DNA of 64,000 bases from Escherichia phage JN02, in sequence record MT782071.1. One strand, given 5' to 3'. The translations under genes and the position numbers were made by a program. Shown one piece after another: positions 19,785-28,403 of this stretch; within the stretch, counting starts at the first letter, position 1, and every line of letters starts with the position of its first letter. Below the pieces are notes generated by a model. The model saw only the letters and a list, made by a program, of their open reading frames with translations, ran no database searches and had not been told where the DNA came from.

Positions 19785-21871
19785 TATCCTTGGACAAATT
19801 TAAACGGAACTGATTCTAAATCCATTAAAGATGCTAACAATTTCAATCCTTTAGGAGCACTAGTTTTTTCTACAAATGAGGAGAACGATACCGGCTCATC
19901 TGATTCGATTTCACCCGTCATAGCAACCACCTCGCCTGTTTCCATGAGAACATCACCATCGTAAATGACAGCTTCGTCCAACTGGTCCGAGGACATGACT
20001 TCAGCTTGAATAAATTTAAGGTTGGATTCTAAACCTGCACCAGTGTCAGATGACGCATCTGTAATTTTATTTATCTGCAAGAGAATGCCTCTAGGCAAAA
20101 TAATTTCTTGCTCATTAGGGTGATTACTCAACTGGCCGGGATAAATCACGTTAACTTTATGGGCGCCATCAATAGCCCATCCAACGTTAACACGGATTTG
20201 TTCTGGTGCATGCATAGCTGTTCTTACTTGGCTAGGAGAAATAGTAACACCTTCGTCATTATTATCAATGTTAAGCTCTTTGCGAACTTCTTCAGGAGCA
20301 AGTCCAAGGGCAACGTTCTCTTTAAACCCACCGAAAATAATAGGAGCTAGTGAAGTGGAAACATAGTTTCTGAAGTAGAATACCTTATTTTTAACCATTG
20401 CTTCGTAAATAGGCATTCTGATAGACTGAGCTCTATATAACGTTAGTCCTTCAGGTAAACGATCTCCATTTAAAAACGCTGAATCAAGACCATCAATAGC
20501 GCGTTTAACTTCATCTTCATCTGCAACATCGTAAAAATCTGGTTTATAACGACCTAACAACATATTATTAATATCGATATATGCAGAAGAGGCATATTCA
20601 CGAATAGCTCGTTTTTCAGCAACAGAGTATTGTTTAGGGTCCCGATTCATTGTTATATTAAAGGTGCCTCTAGCCGATTCTCGTGCATAAGTATACATCA
20701 CATTAGACAAGAACGCTGATTTACGTTGTTTCCAAGTTCTTTCAGATACTTCAGCTAAAACGTCGTCGGGCAGTTGGAAATTATCACGTCTAAAATCTTC
20801 AAACCATTCGTCTTTAATAGAGTCTGCAATTTCATTTGCAGCTTCAACAAAAGCAGCTAATGCTTTAACAGATGTTGTTTTTTCTGTTTTAATTTTCTTA
20901 GCAAACTTTTCTAAAGTTGGCTTAATAACACCACCATAAGAAACTTCATCAGCAAATCTAAAGGATTCATCAATACGATTATAAATCTTATTTTCGATAT
21001 CAGCAACTAAAGTGCCTTTTGCTGTGGACGATGCTTGGGCTAGTACGATTTCATATGCTTCAGGAAGTAATTCGGCCGTAGCTGGGCCACTAACTTCTTT
21101 AGCAGAATTTTCGTATTTCTGGAATAACTCACCTTCTTGGCGGTCAGCTTCTAAAGATTGACTTGCTGCAATAGCACGACGAGAAATTTTAGTACGAGCA
21201 ATAACAGGCTTATCTTTACGTTTTTCTTCTACAGCAGCAATAGAACCAGCAATAGCCGTTTCTTTGGTGACCTTTTCGCCAGTCTTTTTACTCACATAAA
21301 CTTCGCCAACATCAGAATCTACTTTCGTGTACAACTCTGTGTTAATGTTAGGGATGCCTTTAATATCTTCAATGTTGGCATTTTTACGGACCATCATCAC
21401 ATAGGTGTGTTTACCTGTGAATTGATACATTGCCGACAATACTTTAAAACGACCACCGGTTTTAGTAGAAACTAAACGAGCAAGAAGAGTTTGAAGTTGC
21501 TGTCCGCGTCCTTTCAATTTCTTGGTAGGGAATCGGAACAGAACTGCATCCATACGAAGAGCTTTAACCTGCTCATATACTGTATTGAAAATGGTGTTGA
21601 TTGCATCAATAGGAGCAGGACCAAGGCCATTTTTCAATTCAGCGAGATTACCCTTTTCAGACAGACTCATAATAACAACATGAGCGTATTTGTCGCCAAG
21701 TTTAACTTGTTTTACAGCATCGCCTTCAGAAAGGTAAGAGAATAAGCGAACTACGATGTTTGTATCAACATCACCAATTTTCCAGACTTGTGGAACTTTA
21801 GCTTTAGGGTTCAAATTGACGACAGGAAGACTGCCTTCAGATTCAAACACTTCATTTAATTGTTCGGACAT
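19784..21871 (-). CDS. alt: Alt ADP-ribosyltransferase (injected virion protein)
   Basis: 695 aa; ART-type motif YVSTS; T4 size and position. Confidence 0.85.
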   Translation of the reverse strand: MSEQLNEVFESEGSLPVVNLNPKAKVPQVWKIGDVDTNIVVRLFSYLSEGDAVKQVKLGDKYAHVVIMSLSEKGNLAELKNGLGPAPIDAINTIFNTVYEQVKALRMDAVLFRFPTKKLKGRGQQLQTLLARLVSTKTGGRFKVLSAMYQFTGKHTYVMMVRKNANIEDIKGIPNINTELYTKVDSDVGEVYVSKKTGEKVTKETAIAGSIAAVEEKRKDKPVIARTKISRRAIAASQSLEADRQEGELFQKYENSAKEVSGPATAELLPEAYEIVLAQASSTAKGTLVADIENKIYNRIDESFRFADEVSYGGVIKPTLEKFAKKIKTEKTTSVKALAAFVEAANEIADSIKDEWFEDFRRDNFQLPDDVLAEVSERTWKQRKSAFLSNVMYTYARESARGTFNITMNRDPKQYSVAEKRAIREYASSAYIDINNMLLGRYKPDFYDVADEDEVKRAIDGLDSAFLNGDRLPEGLTLYRAQSIRMPIYEAMVKNKVFYFRNYVSTSLAPIIFGGFKENVALGLAPEEVRKELNIDNNDEGVTISPSQVRTAMHAPEQIRVNVGWAIDGAHKVNVIYPGQLSNHPNEQEIILPRGILLQINKITDASSDTGAGLESNLKFIQAEVMSSDQLDEAVIYDGDVLMETGEVVAMTGEIESDEPVSFSSFVEKTSAPKGLKLLASLMDLESVPFKFVQG

Positions 21872-21911
21872 AGTGTTTTCCTTTTAGTAATAATTTATAT
21901 TTATGCCAAAA

Positions 21912-21927
21912 AGAGCCCGAAGGCTCT
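21912..21927 (-). terminator. intrinsic terminator upstream of alt
   Basis: minus strand AGAGCC-UUCG-GGCUCU followed by UUUUU. Confidence 0.7.
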
Positions 21928-22115
21928 TAATCTACAATCGGGAGCAAAGTACGATAAACTTCAAAATTAGGGCCTTTTTCGTACTTATCAAAATTGTCCA
22001 TAAAAATATGATAGGAATCGTTATTAGGAAAATCTAATACAATTTGGGAACAAGAGGTGGAAACATTGCGTCCATCTTTATTAGCGACAACTACTGTTTC
22101 TAAATAAGCTTTCAT
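21927..22115 (-). CDS. hypothetical protein
   Basis: 62 aa from ATG at 22115, one nt after gene 30 stop; longer ORF-track start overlaps gene 30. Confidence 0.5.
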   Translation of the reverse strand: MKAYLETVVVANKDGRNVSTSCSQIVLDFPNNDSYHIFMDNFDKYEKGPNFEVYRTLLPIVD

Positions 22116-22116
22116 A

Positions 22117-23610
22117 TTATAGACCAGTTTGAGACCAATCACCAAATACATCTTCAAATGAATCGGCCTCTGTTTTATCGAAACGCCAACCTTTAATAGT
22201 TGGAAGGAAAATACCTACAGTGCCTTCACGTCCTTTAGAATGAACCCAACCATTGCATTCACAATCAGCAATACGTCCAATCAATTTACCTTCACGAGCT
22301 TCAGACATTAATCGTTCGCGGTCCAAATCATGACGCTCATCTAAAGGAATAAGAACCTTTACACCATCAACTGTTTTATGAGTTGTATCTTTAAACCCTG
22401 AACCACAATCAGTTGTAATACGACGACAACGTGATACGAGTTCGACACCACCTAATTTGTTAGGGTCTTTAGAGTGTTCATAGTATCCTACAACTTCTAA
22501 AGCGATATCAATAACTTCTTTAAATTTAATTAGGTTCTTAGAGCGTTTGTTTTCCCAATATGAATCACGGTTTTTAAGGATAATACCTTCAAGACCTTGG
22601 TCAACGTATTTTTTATAAACCACTTTAGCTTCGTCAAGATTACGAACTAACTGATTTTCAATTGGCTCAATTCGCTTAAAGCCTTCAGCCATATTTTCAA
22701 GAGCAGCAAAACGAACATCGTATTTCTGACCTTTAATTTTGCCTTCAGAATAAACTTCATCCAATGGAACATAGTCCCAGGCTTGAAGAACCATACCTTC
22801 CGCTTCTTTAGGAGAAATAGTCCCTTGAAGAGATTTATTTGCTAAACCATTTGAAGTGCTACGGTCTGCAACTTGTACTTCTTCGGATTCTTCATTATCA
22901 CCAAATAAGAACGACAGATCATTTCCTGAGCTCACAGCCTTTTTAATATCGAATGAATGATAAACTAATTCACCGTCGATTAAAACCCCATTAGGGTGTC
23001 TTTCACGAGCTTCTTTAGTCATTTCCATTAGTTCATCAGCTAATAGAGTAAGACCATGGTATTCGTTACCTGCGCGAGAAAAGAATTGAACACCATCATC
23101 GCGAACTTCGGCGAAACAACGAGCACCATCTGCTTTTAATTGGGCAAATGCAGGCCATTTAATATTTTTAGTAATCAATTTCTCATCATATGCAGATGCT
23201 AACATCTGTGGTTGCAATTGAATAAGTCCAGGCCACACCTTATTCGCGATAGACACTGAAGCACCTACTTCAAGGTCGCGCATCATTACACGACGAAGGA
23301 CTTCTACATCATCAGGTTTACCGTCCGCAATATAACCCATGAGCTCTTTAATTGCAGCATTACCAGTGAGTTTACGAGTAGCTAATGTGAACTCAATAAA
23401 ATCCAACATGTCATCTAATTCAAGAAGTCCATACGCTTGAGACCTTTCACCCGGTCCTGGCCATTTCTTAATATAATACTGGATACCACGTGCATATGTT
23501 AAACGATACACACGTTCAAGTAATTTGTTGTCCTTATTTTTCTTAAGGATTTCTTGTTTTGTTTTAGTAGAACCGATCGCAGCTATTTGGTTTAAAATAT
23601 CTAAAATCAT
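22117..23610 (-). CDS. 30: ATP-dependent DNA ligase gp30
   Basis: 497 aa; adenylation motif KADGAR; matches T4 DNA ligase. Confidence 0.95.
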   Translation of the reverse strand: MILDILNQIAAIGSTKTKQEILKKNKDNKLLERVYRLTYARGIQYYIKKWPGPGERSQAYGLLELDDMLDFIEFTLATRKLTGNAAIKELMGYIADGKPDDVEVLRRVMMRDLEVGASVSIANKVWPGLIQLQPQMLASAYDEKLITKNIKWPAFAQLKADGARCFAEVRDDGVQFFSRAGNEYHGLTLLADELMEMTKEARERHPNGVLIDGELVYHSFDIKKAVSSGNDLSFLFGDNEESEEVQVADRSTSNGLANKSLQGTISPKEAEGMVLQAWDYVPLDEVYSEGKIKGQKYDVRFAALENMAEGFKRIEPIENQLVRNLDEAKVVYKKYVDQGLEGIILKNRDSYWENKRSKNLIKFKEVIDIALEVVGYYEHSKDPNKLGGVELVSRCRRITTDCGSGFKDTTHKTVDGVKVLIPLDERHDLDRERLMSEAREGKLIGRIADCECNGWVHSKGREGTVGIFLPTIKGWRFDKTEADSFEDVFGDWSQTGL

Positions 23611-23876
23611 TTGATGTCCTCGATTTTGGTTACGGTTCTATTATAAGCCACTTCATCTAGAAGCGATTTCAGCGTTTTCTGATAAGTGGTAATCCATTTA
23701 CCGAGACCTTCAACATAATATTCTGAAATGTAGATGAACCCTTGTTCAACACACTCTTTAAATATTTCTGCGTCTTTTACTGAACGAAACACTGGCCAAT
23801 CTCGAAAGAACATGTTAACGTGGCCGTAGTCACGCGTTGTGTTTTTGCCATCTGTAATATCATGAACTACAAACAT
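23607..23876 (-). CDS. hypothetical protein (30.1 position)
   Basis: 89 aa, ATG start. Confidence 0.6.
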   Translation of the reverse strand: MFVVHDITDGKNTTRDYGHVNMFFRDWPVFRSVKDAEIFKECVEQGFIYISEYYVEGLGKWITTYQKTLKSLLDEVAYNRTVTKIEDIK

Positions 23877-23885
23877 AATTAACCC

Positions 23886-24701
23886 TTAACAATTTATAGA
23901 CCAAGTCCATTTGGACGAATCTAAAGGAAAGTTTTGAATCGTCCACCATGGCTGCATATCGGTTGGTCCTTGGGTTCGCCAGGTATACGGATTCGACGGA
24001 GCACCAATTTGATTAGGCCATGCGCCTGGACTTGTTGTACCAGATTCTTTAAGCAAATCTGCCAATCGTTTTAAAAGGTCTTCACGATCTGAATCTGAAT
24101 TATGCTCTGGTGGAACCAAACGAGATTCAATATCATCCCACGTGTGTACACGTTGTGCAGTACGAGGAATGGCATCACGTTCACCACGAGCCAACCAATA
24201 AATCGGTACATTAAGAATTTCTGCTGCATGGTCACAGTGATGAGCTAAATCGTCAACGTAACAAATCACGTTATATTTTGTTTTAGCTAGTTCGAATAAT
24301 TGTTCCTTTGAAGAATCATGTCCACACATCATTACTTCAGAAAAGGCGCCTGGGAACAAAGCATTCAAATTAAATTGTCTATTCAATCGAGCATCAATTG
24401 AATCACCTAGCGCCGTCACGGCTACAAAATTATAGTTTTCTTTTAGTTTATTGATAACTCGAAGAGCATCCGAATAAGGCGCTAAGTAACGAATAAAATC
24501 AGAGCGATTATATTTTTCTATTAATTGTTTACCGAGATTATCGTCGGTATTGAATAGTTTACCAGGAGAAATAAATTTTTCGTCCTGAATCATTTTTAAA
24601 ATATGTTCTAATGGAAGATTATATTTTTGGGCAAAATAAGGAAGTCCAGATTGCCAGCTTAAACATACACCATCAATGTCAGTCAAAATAGTAGGCTTCA
24701 T
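23886..24701 (-). CDS. HAD-superfamily phosphatase-like protein (30.2 position)
   Basis: 271 aa; N-terminal DIDGV motif and later VDD motif typical of HAD hydrolases. Confidence 0.7.
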   Translation of the reverse strand: MKPTILTDIDGVCLSWQSGLPYFAQKYNLPLEHILKMIQDEKFISPGKLFNTDDNLGKQLIEKYNRSDFIRYLAPYSDALRVINKLKENYNFVAVTALGDSIDARLNRQFNLNALFPGAFSEVMMCGHDSSKEQLFELAKTKYNVICYVDDLAHHCDHAAEILNVPIYWLARGERDAIPRTAQRVHTWDDIESRLVPPEHNSDSDREDLLKRLADLLKESGTTSPGAWPNQIGAPSNPYTWRTQGPTDMQPWWTIQNFPLDSSKWTWSINC

Positions 24702-25156
24702 AAAGAGTCTCTTAATAGGTTTAACACATCAATAAATTCAGCTTCAGTTAATATTGTATCATCTTTTGTTAGGTGGCTGGCCATGCTGTGCTTCAAAATT
24801 TTTCCTTTCGAAGCCTGTAATGCATCACGAAAGCCTTTGTTTTGGATCGCGGCTTCAAAATATGCATTTGTATATAATTCTTTCCATGCTTCAGAGTATC
24901 TTGAAAATGGAATTCCAAGCCAGAAAAGCGTCCCACGGTCCTGAGCTCTTGCATAAGACCTTCCAGCTTGCTGGGCGGCCAATCCGGACATCCCAAATAT
25001 ACGTTTTTGTTGTTCAACATTTTTCACCTTACACCCTTGGAGAAATCCTTCAAGTCCTCCGAATTGAATACCATCCATAACAAAAGGCCATTGGGCGAAA
25101 TTACTTAATGCGCATGACGGCCATTTGAAATTGCTTCTTATTTCTAATTCACACAT
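24698..25156 (-). CDS. NADAR (YbiA/DUF1768)-like protein (30.3 position)
   Basis: 152 aa from ATG at 25156 (track used GTG at 25165); SNFA-WP-DG signature resembling YbiA-type NADAR domains. Confidence 0.65.
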   Translation of the reverse strand: MCELEIRSNFKWPSCALSNFAQWPFVMDGIQFGGLEGFLQGCKVKNVEQQKRIFGMSGLAAQQAGRSYARAQDRGTLFWLGIPFSRYSEAWKELYTNAYFEAAIQNKGFRDALQASKGKILKHSMASHLTKDDTILTEAEFIDVLNLLRDSL

Positions 25157-25367
25157 CTTTAACACTTATAATTTCAACATCAGCCCAATGACCGTATCCA
25201 GGTATACGGTCTTCGATAGATAAATTTCCGTCATTTTTAGGCATTTTAATTGACGTAACGTATGGTTCTAAACGGTTTTCTGCATAATATGGAAAAACGT
25301 CTGTTACACGATAAGTAACTTCGATCATTTCCGTACCAAACAATTTCTGGATTAATTTATTCAACAT
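25149..25367 (-). CDS. hypothetical protein
   Basis: 72 aa, ATG start, coupled to downstream gene. Confidence 0.55.
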   Translation of the reverse strand: MLNKLIQKLFGTEMIEVTYRVTDVFPYYAENRLEPYVTSIKMPKNDGNLSIEDRIPGYGHWADVEIISVKDV

Positions 25368-25554
25368 GTTTCAACCCTTTAATAGGAGATAACTCTTTAC
25401 CCATACGTATGTCAGAAGTCCAATCAACCCATTGAACAGCATACGCTTCATTGATAATTCCAGCGGCGGTTTTAAATTCAGGGAGAACTTTAAAAATCAC
25501 CCCAGGAATTCCAACACCTTTTAATTGGACTGTTTGTGCTATTAAAAATTTCAT
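25357..25554 (-). CDS. hypothetical protein
   Basis: 65 aa, ATG start downstream of an early-type promoter. Confidence 0.55.
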   Translation of the reverse strand: MKFLIAQTVQLKGVGIPGVIFKVLPEFKTAAGIINEAYAVQWVDWTSDIRMGKELSPIKGLKHVE

Positions 25555-25578
25555 ATTTTTCCACTTACTAAAGAAATC

Positions 25579-25609
25579 ATTATACTCTAATCCGTCCTTG
25601 GATGTAAAC
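25579..25609 (-). promoter_or_regulatory. early promoter (weaker match)
   Basis: GTTTAC and TATAAT with a 17-19 nt spacer upstream of ORF 25357..25554. Confidence 0.45.
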
Positions 25610-26223
25610 TACTTAACGAAATTAATTTCTACCGGATGAACAACAGGTTGAGCAGTGATATATTGAGTAATTGCTTTCATGACTAGAGCTTCAGAACCAG
25701 GATTTTTCTCAACGAATTCACGTGCTTGGTTATGGGCTTCGAGTTCACTTAGTAAACCACTTCGTTGGCATCCACGGTCTTGAGTACCTTGTTCAGATAA
25801 AAAGACGACGATGTATTTTTCATCGTCATACGGTTTAGACGGTTGAGCAAATGTTCCTTTACTTCCAAAAGGAGAGTTATGACGCCACATCACGCCGTGA
25901 GGAGTTTCAACCTTCGTATATTCATGCGGGCCATTTTTCTTAGTTTCTTGATGTGGAACTTCGTAGACCTTAGGGTTAGGACATTCAATAAAATGCTCAT
26001 CTAAATCGGTCGAGAATATTAAAGTAAAACAATGTCTGAATTTACCAACACCTGCCTGATAAATTTTACCTTCAGAAGTTCTAATTTCACAAACTGAGCC
26101 GGCATCAGTAACTTCTAAAACTTCAAAAGGCTCAATAAGGTCATATGAGAACATGTTTTTAAGGCGTGGAGTAATATCCCCATTTTTAAAATTCATTTTA
26201 TAAAAAGTATTAACTTTAAACAT
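25609..26223 (-). CDS. hypothetical protein (30.6 position)
   Basis: 204 aa from internal ATG (MFKVNTF...) with SD GAGGAAA; the stem-loop at 26235-26252 would lie inside the longer track ORF. Confidence 0.6.
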   Translation of the reverse strand: MFKVNTFYKMNFKNGDITPRLKNMFSYDLIEPFEVLEVTDAGSVCEIRTSEGKIYQAGVGKFRHCFTLIFSTDLDEHFIECPNPKVYEVPHQETKKNGPHEYTKVETPHGVMWRHNSPFGSKGTFAQPSKPYDDEKYIVVFLSEQGTQDRGCQRSGLLSELEAHNQAREFVEKNPGSEALVMKAITQYITAQPVVHPVEINFVK

Positions 26224-26234
26224 AATTTCCTCAG

Positions 26235-26252
26235 TGGGAGCCGAAGCTCCCA
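26235..26252 (-). other. stem-loop immediately 5' of an RBS
   Basis: minus strand UGGGAGC-UUCG-GCUCCCA, then SD GAGGAAA and ATG at 26223. Confidence 0.5.
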
Positions 26253-26258
26253 ATTAAT

Positions 26259-26624
26259 TTAGATATCAAATTCGTTAAGAACTACATCAAAGATTGCTTC
26301 GAGATGTTCAGGTTTAGCTCGGTTACTCAGGATATGACGAATCCAAGTTTTAACCAGAAGTTTACGATTAACACCATTCCAGCAAGGATGAGTACCTAAA
26401 TCACGCTGACGGAAATCGTCATCTAATGCAATTTTAAAATTTGAACCTTCCATCGTGATTGAAACCGTGATACCATTTTCAAATCGCATATAAACGTAAT
26501 TAGGAGTCATGCACTGTTCGATTTCACAAACTGTACCGTTTTCGTGTTTCCATAAGCAAATAACTTCAGAAGAACCAGCAATACCGTTAGAAACATATTT
26601 ACGTTCGAAGTTGGTGTAGTTCAT
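26259..26624 (-). CDS. hypothetical protein (30.7 position)
   Basis: 121 aa, ATG start, early promoter upstream; shares a CMTP motif with the next ORF. Confidence 0.6.
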   Translation of the reverse strand: MNYTNFERKYVSNGIAGSSEVICLWKHENGTVCEIEQCMTPNYVYMRFENGITVSITMEGSNFKIALDDDFRQRDLGTHPCWNGVNRKLLVKTWIRHILSNRAKPEHLEAIFDVVLNEFDI

Positions 26625-26664
26625 TTTATTCTCCAGATGTTTAAGTTGTTTGTTGGTACAGGTC

Positions 26665-26693
26665 TATAATAACATAACCTGTACCAAAGTAAA
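26665..26693 (-). promoter_or_regulatory. early promoter with inverted repeat around the -10
   Basis: GTTTAC, 17 nt, TATTAT; 9-bp inverted repeat GGTACAGGT/ACCTGTACC flanks the -10. Confidence 0.6.
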
Positions 26694-26698
26694 CTGTT

Positions 26699-27067
26699 TT
26701 ATGCAACTTTAATCCAATTGTCTAAATTTAAAACACCTTTGGCTTTCATTTTTTCTATCAGGTTATCTGCTGTAATGCGTCCATTTTGATACCATGTAAC
26801 ATCTTCAGAGTAACCAGTTTCTTCGTCAACGTATGTTTCTGAACGAATTTTACCGGTAATAATAGTTTTTAATTCGTATGTGTCACCTGTGAAAAGGTTT
26901 GCTAACACAATTTTCCAAGAGAAATCATCAGAAGGACCTTCAGGGGTCATACAACCTACGAACTCAAATTGCTCTTTGTATAACATCCACTGGAATTCTT
27001 TAATTTCGATAGCTTTATAACCATCGTGGTCTTTACATTTGATGTATGAGTTCAGATTGATTTTCAT
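26699..27067 (-). CDS. hypothetical protein (30.8 position)
   Basis: 122 aa, ATG start, early promoter upstream. Confidence 0.6.
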   Translation of the reverse strand: MKINLNSYIKCKDHDGYKAIEIKEFQWMLYKEQFEFVGCMTPEGPSDDFSWKIVLANLFTGDTYELKTIITGKIRSETYVDEETGYSEDVTWYQNGRITADNLIEKMKAKGVLNLDNWIKVA

Positions 27068-27109
27068 TTTGTTCTCCAGGTGGTTTTATTGATTAGATGG
27101 TACAAGTCT

Positions 27110-27138
27110 ATAGTAACACATCCTACAGGAGAGTAAAC
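27110..27138 (-). promoter_or_regulatory. early promoter
   Basis: GTTTAC, 17 nt, TACTAT upstream of ORF 26699..27067. Confidence 0.6.
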
Positions 27139-27174
27139 ATCTTTTTAAACTTTTTCTGCCCTAAACGCACAAAA

Positions 27175-27192
27175 GGGAGACCGAAGTCTCCC
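27175..27192 (-). terminator. intrinsic terminator after the 59-aa basic ORF
   Basis: minus strand GGGAGAC-UUCG-GUCUCCC followed by UUUUG. Confidence 0.75.
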
Positions 27193-27197
27193 TAAAA

Positions 27198-27377
27198 TTA
27201 TGCAGCAACCTTTCCAAAACGAGAAGCATCATCTCGAAGAACTGCACGTGCTCTGCGCATGATCTTCTCAACTGTTTGATTAATACGAGAGTTCGACCCA
27301 CGCTTGTATCCAGCGCGTTTAGAGGTACCATCAACTTTCTTTTCAACTGCTTTCTTTGCTTTAGCTTGTTTTGCCAT
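27198..27377 (-). CDS. small Lys/Arg-rich protein
   Basis: 59 aa hand-translated (MAKQAKAKKAVEKK...); ends 6 nt before a terminator hairpin; replaces track ORF 27161..27346. Confidence 0.45.
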   Translation of the reverse strand: MAKQAKAKKAVEKKVDGTSKRAGYKRGSNSRINQTVEKIMRRARAVLRDDASRFGKVAA

Positions 27378-27640
27378 TATAAATTCTCTTTAAATGAAAA
27401 TGCAGGACTTATTGACATTGCCTGCGCAAGCCCTCAAGGGGAACATAGGTTTTGGATATTTAACGACAGGATAACCATAAGCCCGTCATCATACCAACCA
27501 CGACTTAGACAGATAACCTTTTTCTGACGCGTGATAGTACAAAATACATTCAAGAGGTACACCGTAAAATTGTCGGGGTCTTAAAACTATAATGATTCGC
27601 AAATCATTAATCAGACAATTCGACGGCTCCTCGATTTAAC

Positions 27641-27889
27641 TTACTTCAGGGTAATAACAAAATGACGAACTGCTTTACGTGCTGCAGAAGCCAGAGGCTT
27701 AGCATATTTCAATTCATCTTTCTGGACCAGGATATCGCGAAGATCGGCTTGTGCTGGATTCAGATGTTTGAAATACTGTAAGATTTCAAGAGCTTCGGCT
27801 TCAACATCAATAGATGCGCCGTAATTGTCATGGCCATTATTCCATGCATGGCGTTGCAGTTCAAGAGCGTGTTGTAATTGTTTAGTCAT
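27641..27889 (-). CDS. rIII: rIII lysis inhibition accessory protein
   Basis: 82 aa; size, position and remembered sequence similarity to T4 rIII. Confidence 0.85.
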   Translation of the reverse strand: MTKQLQHALELQRHAWNNGHDNYGASIDVEAEALEILQYFKHLNPAQADLRDILVQKDELKYAKPLASAARKAVRHFVITLK

Positions 27890-28013
27890 TTTAAATTCTC
27901 AATTCGAGATAATATTTAGTAGCCACGTTCTTCTGAATTTCACCTTCTTTCGACAAGTCTCTCAGTTGTAGGCTACTGCTTAGAAGAGTGTTCTCTTCAT
28001 ATAGTTATTTATA

Positions 28014-28346
28014 TCACTTATAAAGACATGGAATAGCTTTATAGTGGCATGTTACGAATTTCTGTTTAATTTCTTTAGGATGTTTAAGACCTAAAGCCAC
28101 AAATGGATGTGGAACATTTCGAATTTGTCCAACTGGTAGTGAAGTCAAATCACCGACTTCAACAAAACCTTCAGGAACATCAGGACCTACAGAATGAACT
28201 ACACATAGTTCAGGAACTTCACCTTGAACACGTTTACCAATCACAAGTCCTGATTCGGTAACTTCTTCATCACCTGCTTGAGCGGGTTCAGAAACCAGAA
28301 TGACATATTCACCAACAGCACGAATTGGGAGTTGTACTTCAGACAT
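28014..28346 (-). CDS. 31: gp31 co-chaperonin (GroES analogue)
   Basis: 110 aa; T4 size and position; middle promoter upstream. Confidence 0.9.
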   Translation of the reverse strand: MSEVQLPIRAVGEYVILVSEPAQAGDEEVTESGLVIGKRVQGEVPELCVVHSVGPDVPEGFVEVGDLTSLPVGQIRNVPHPFVALGLKHPKEIKQKFVTCHYKAIPCLYK

Positions 28347-28376
28347 CTTATTTCCTTGTTGTTTGACGATAGATTA

Positions 28377-28402
28377 ATAATACCATACTATTCGTAAAGC
28401 AT
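28377..28402 (-). promoter_or_regulatory. MotA-dependent middle promoter of gene 31
   Basis: minus strand reads ATGCTTTA, 12 nt, TATTAT upstream of gene 31. Confidence 0.6.
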
Positions 28403-28403
28403 A

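Noticed and set aside
27161-27346. ORF-track CDS of 61 aa on the minus strand
   Set aside because: It reads through the terminator hairpin at 27175-27192; a different-frame 59-aa ORF (27198..27377) ends cleanly before the hairpin
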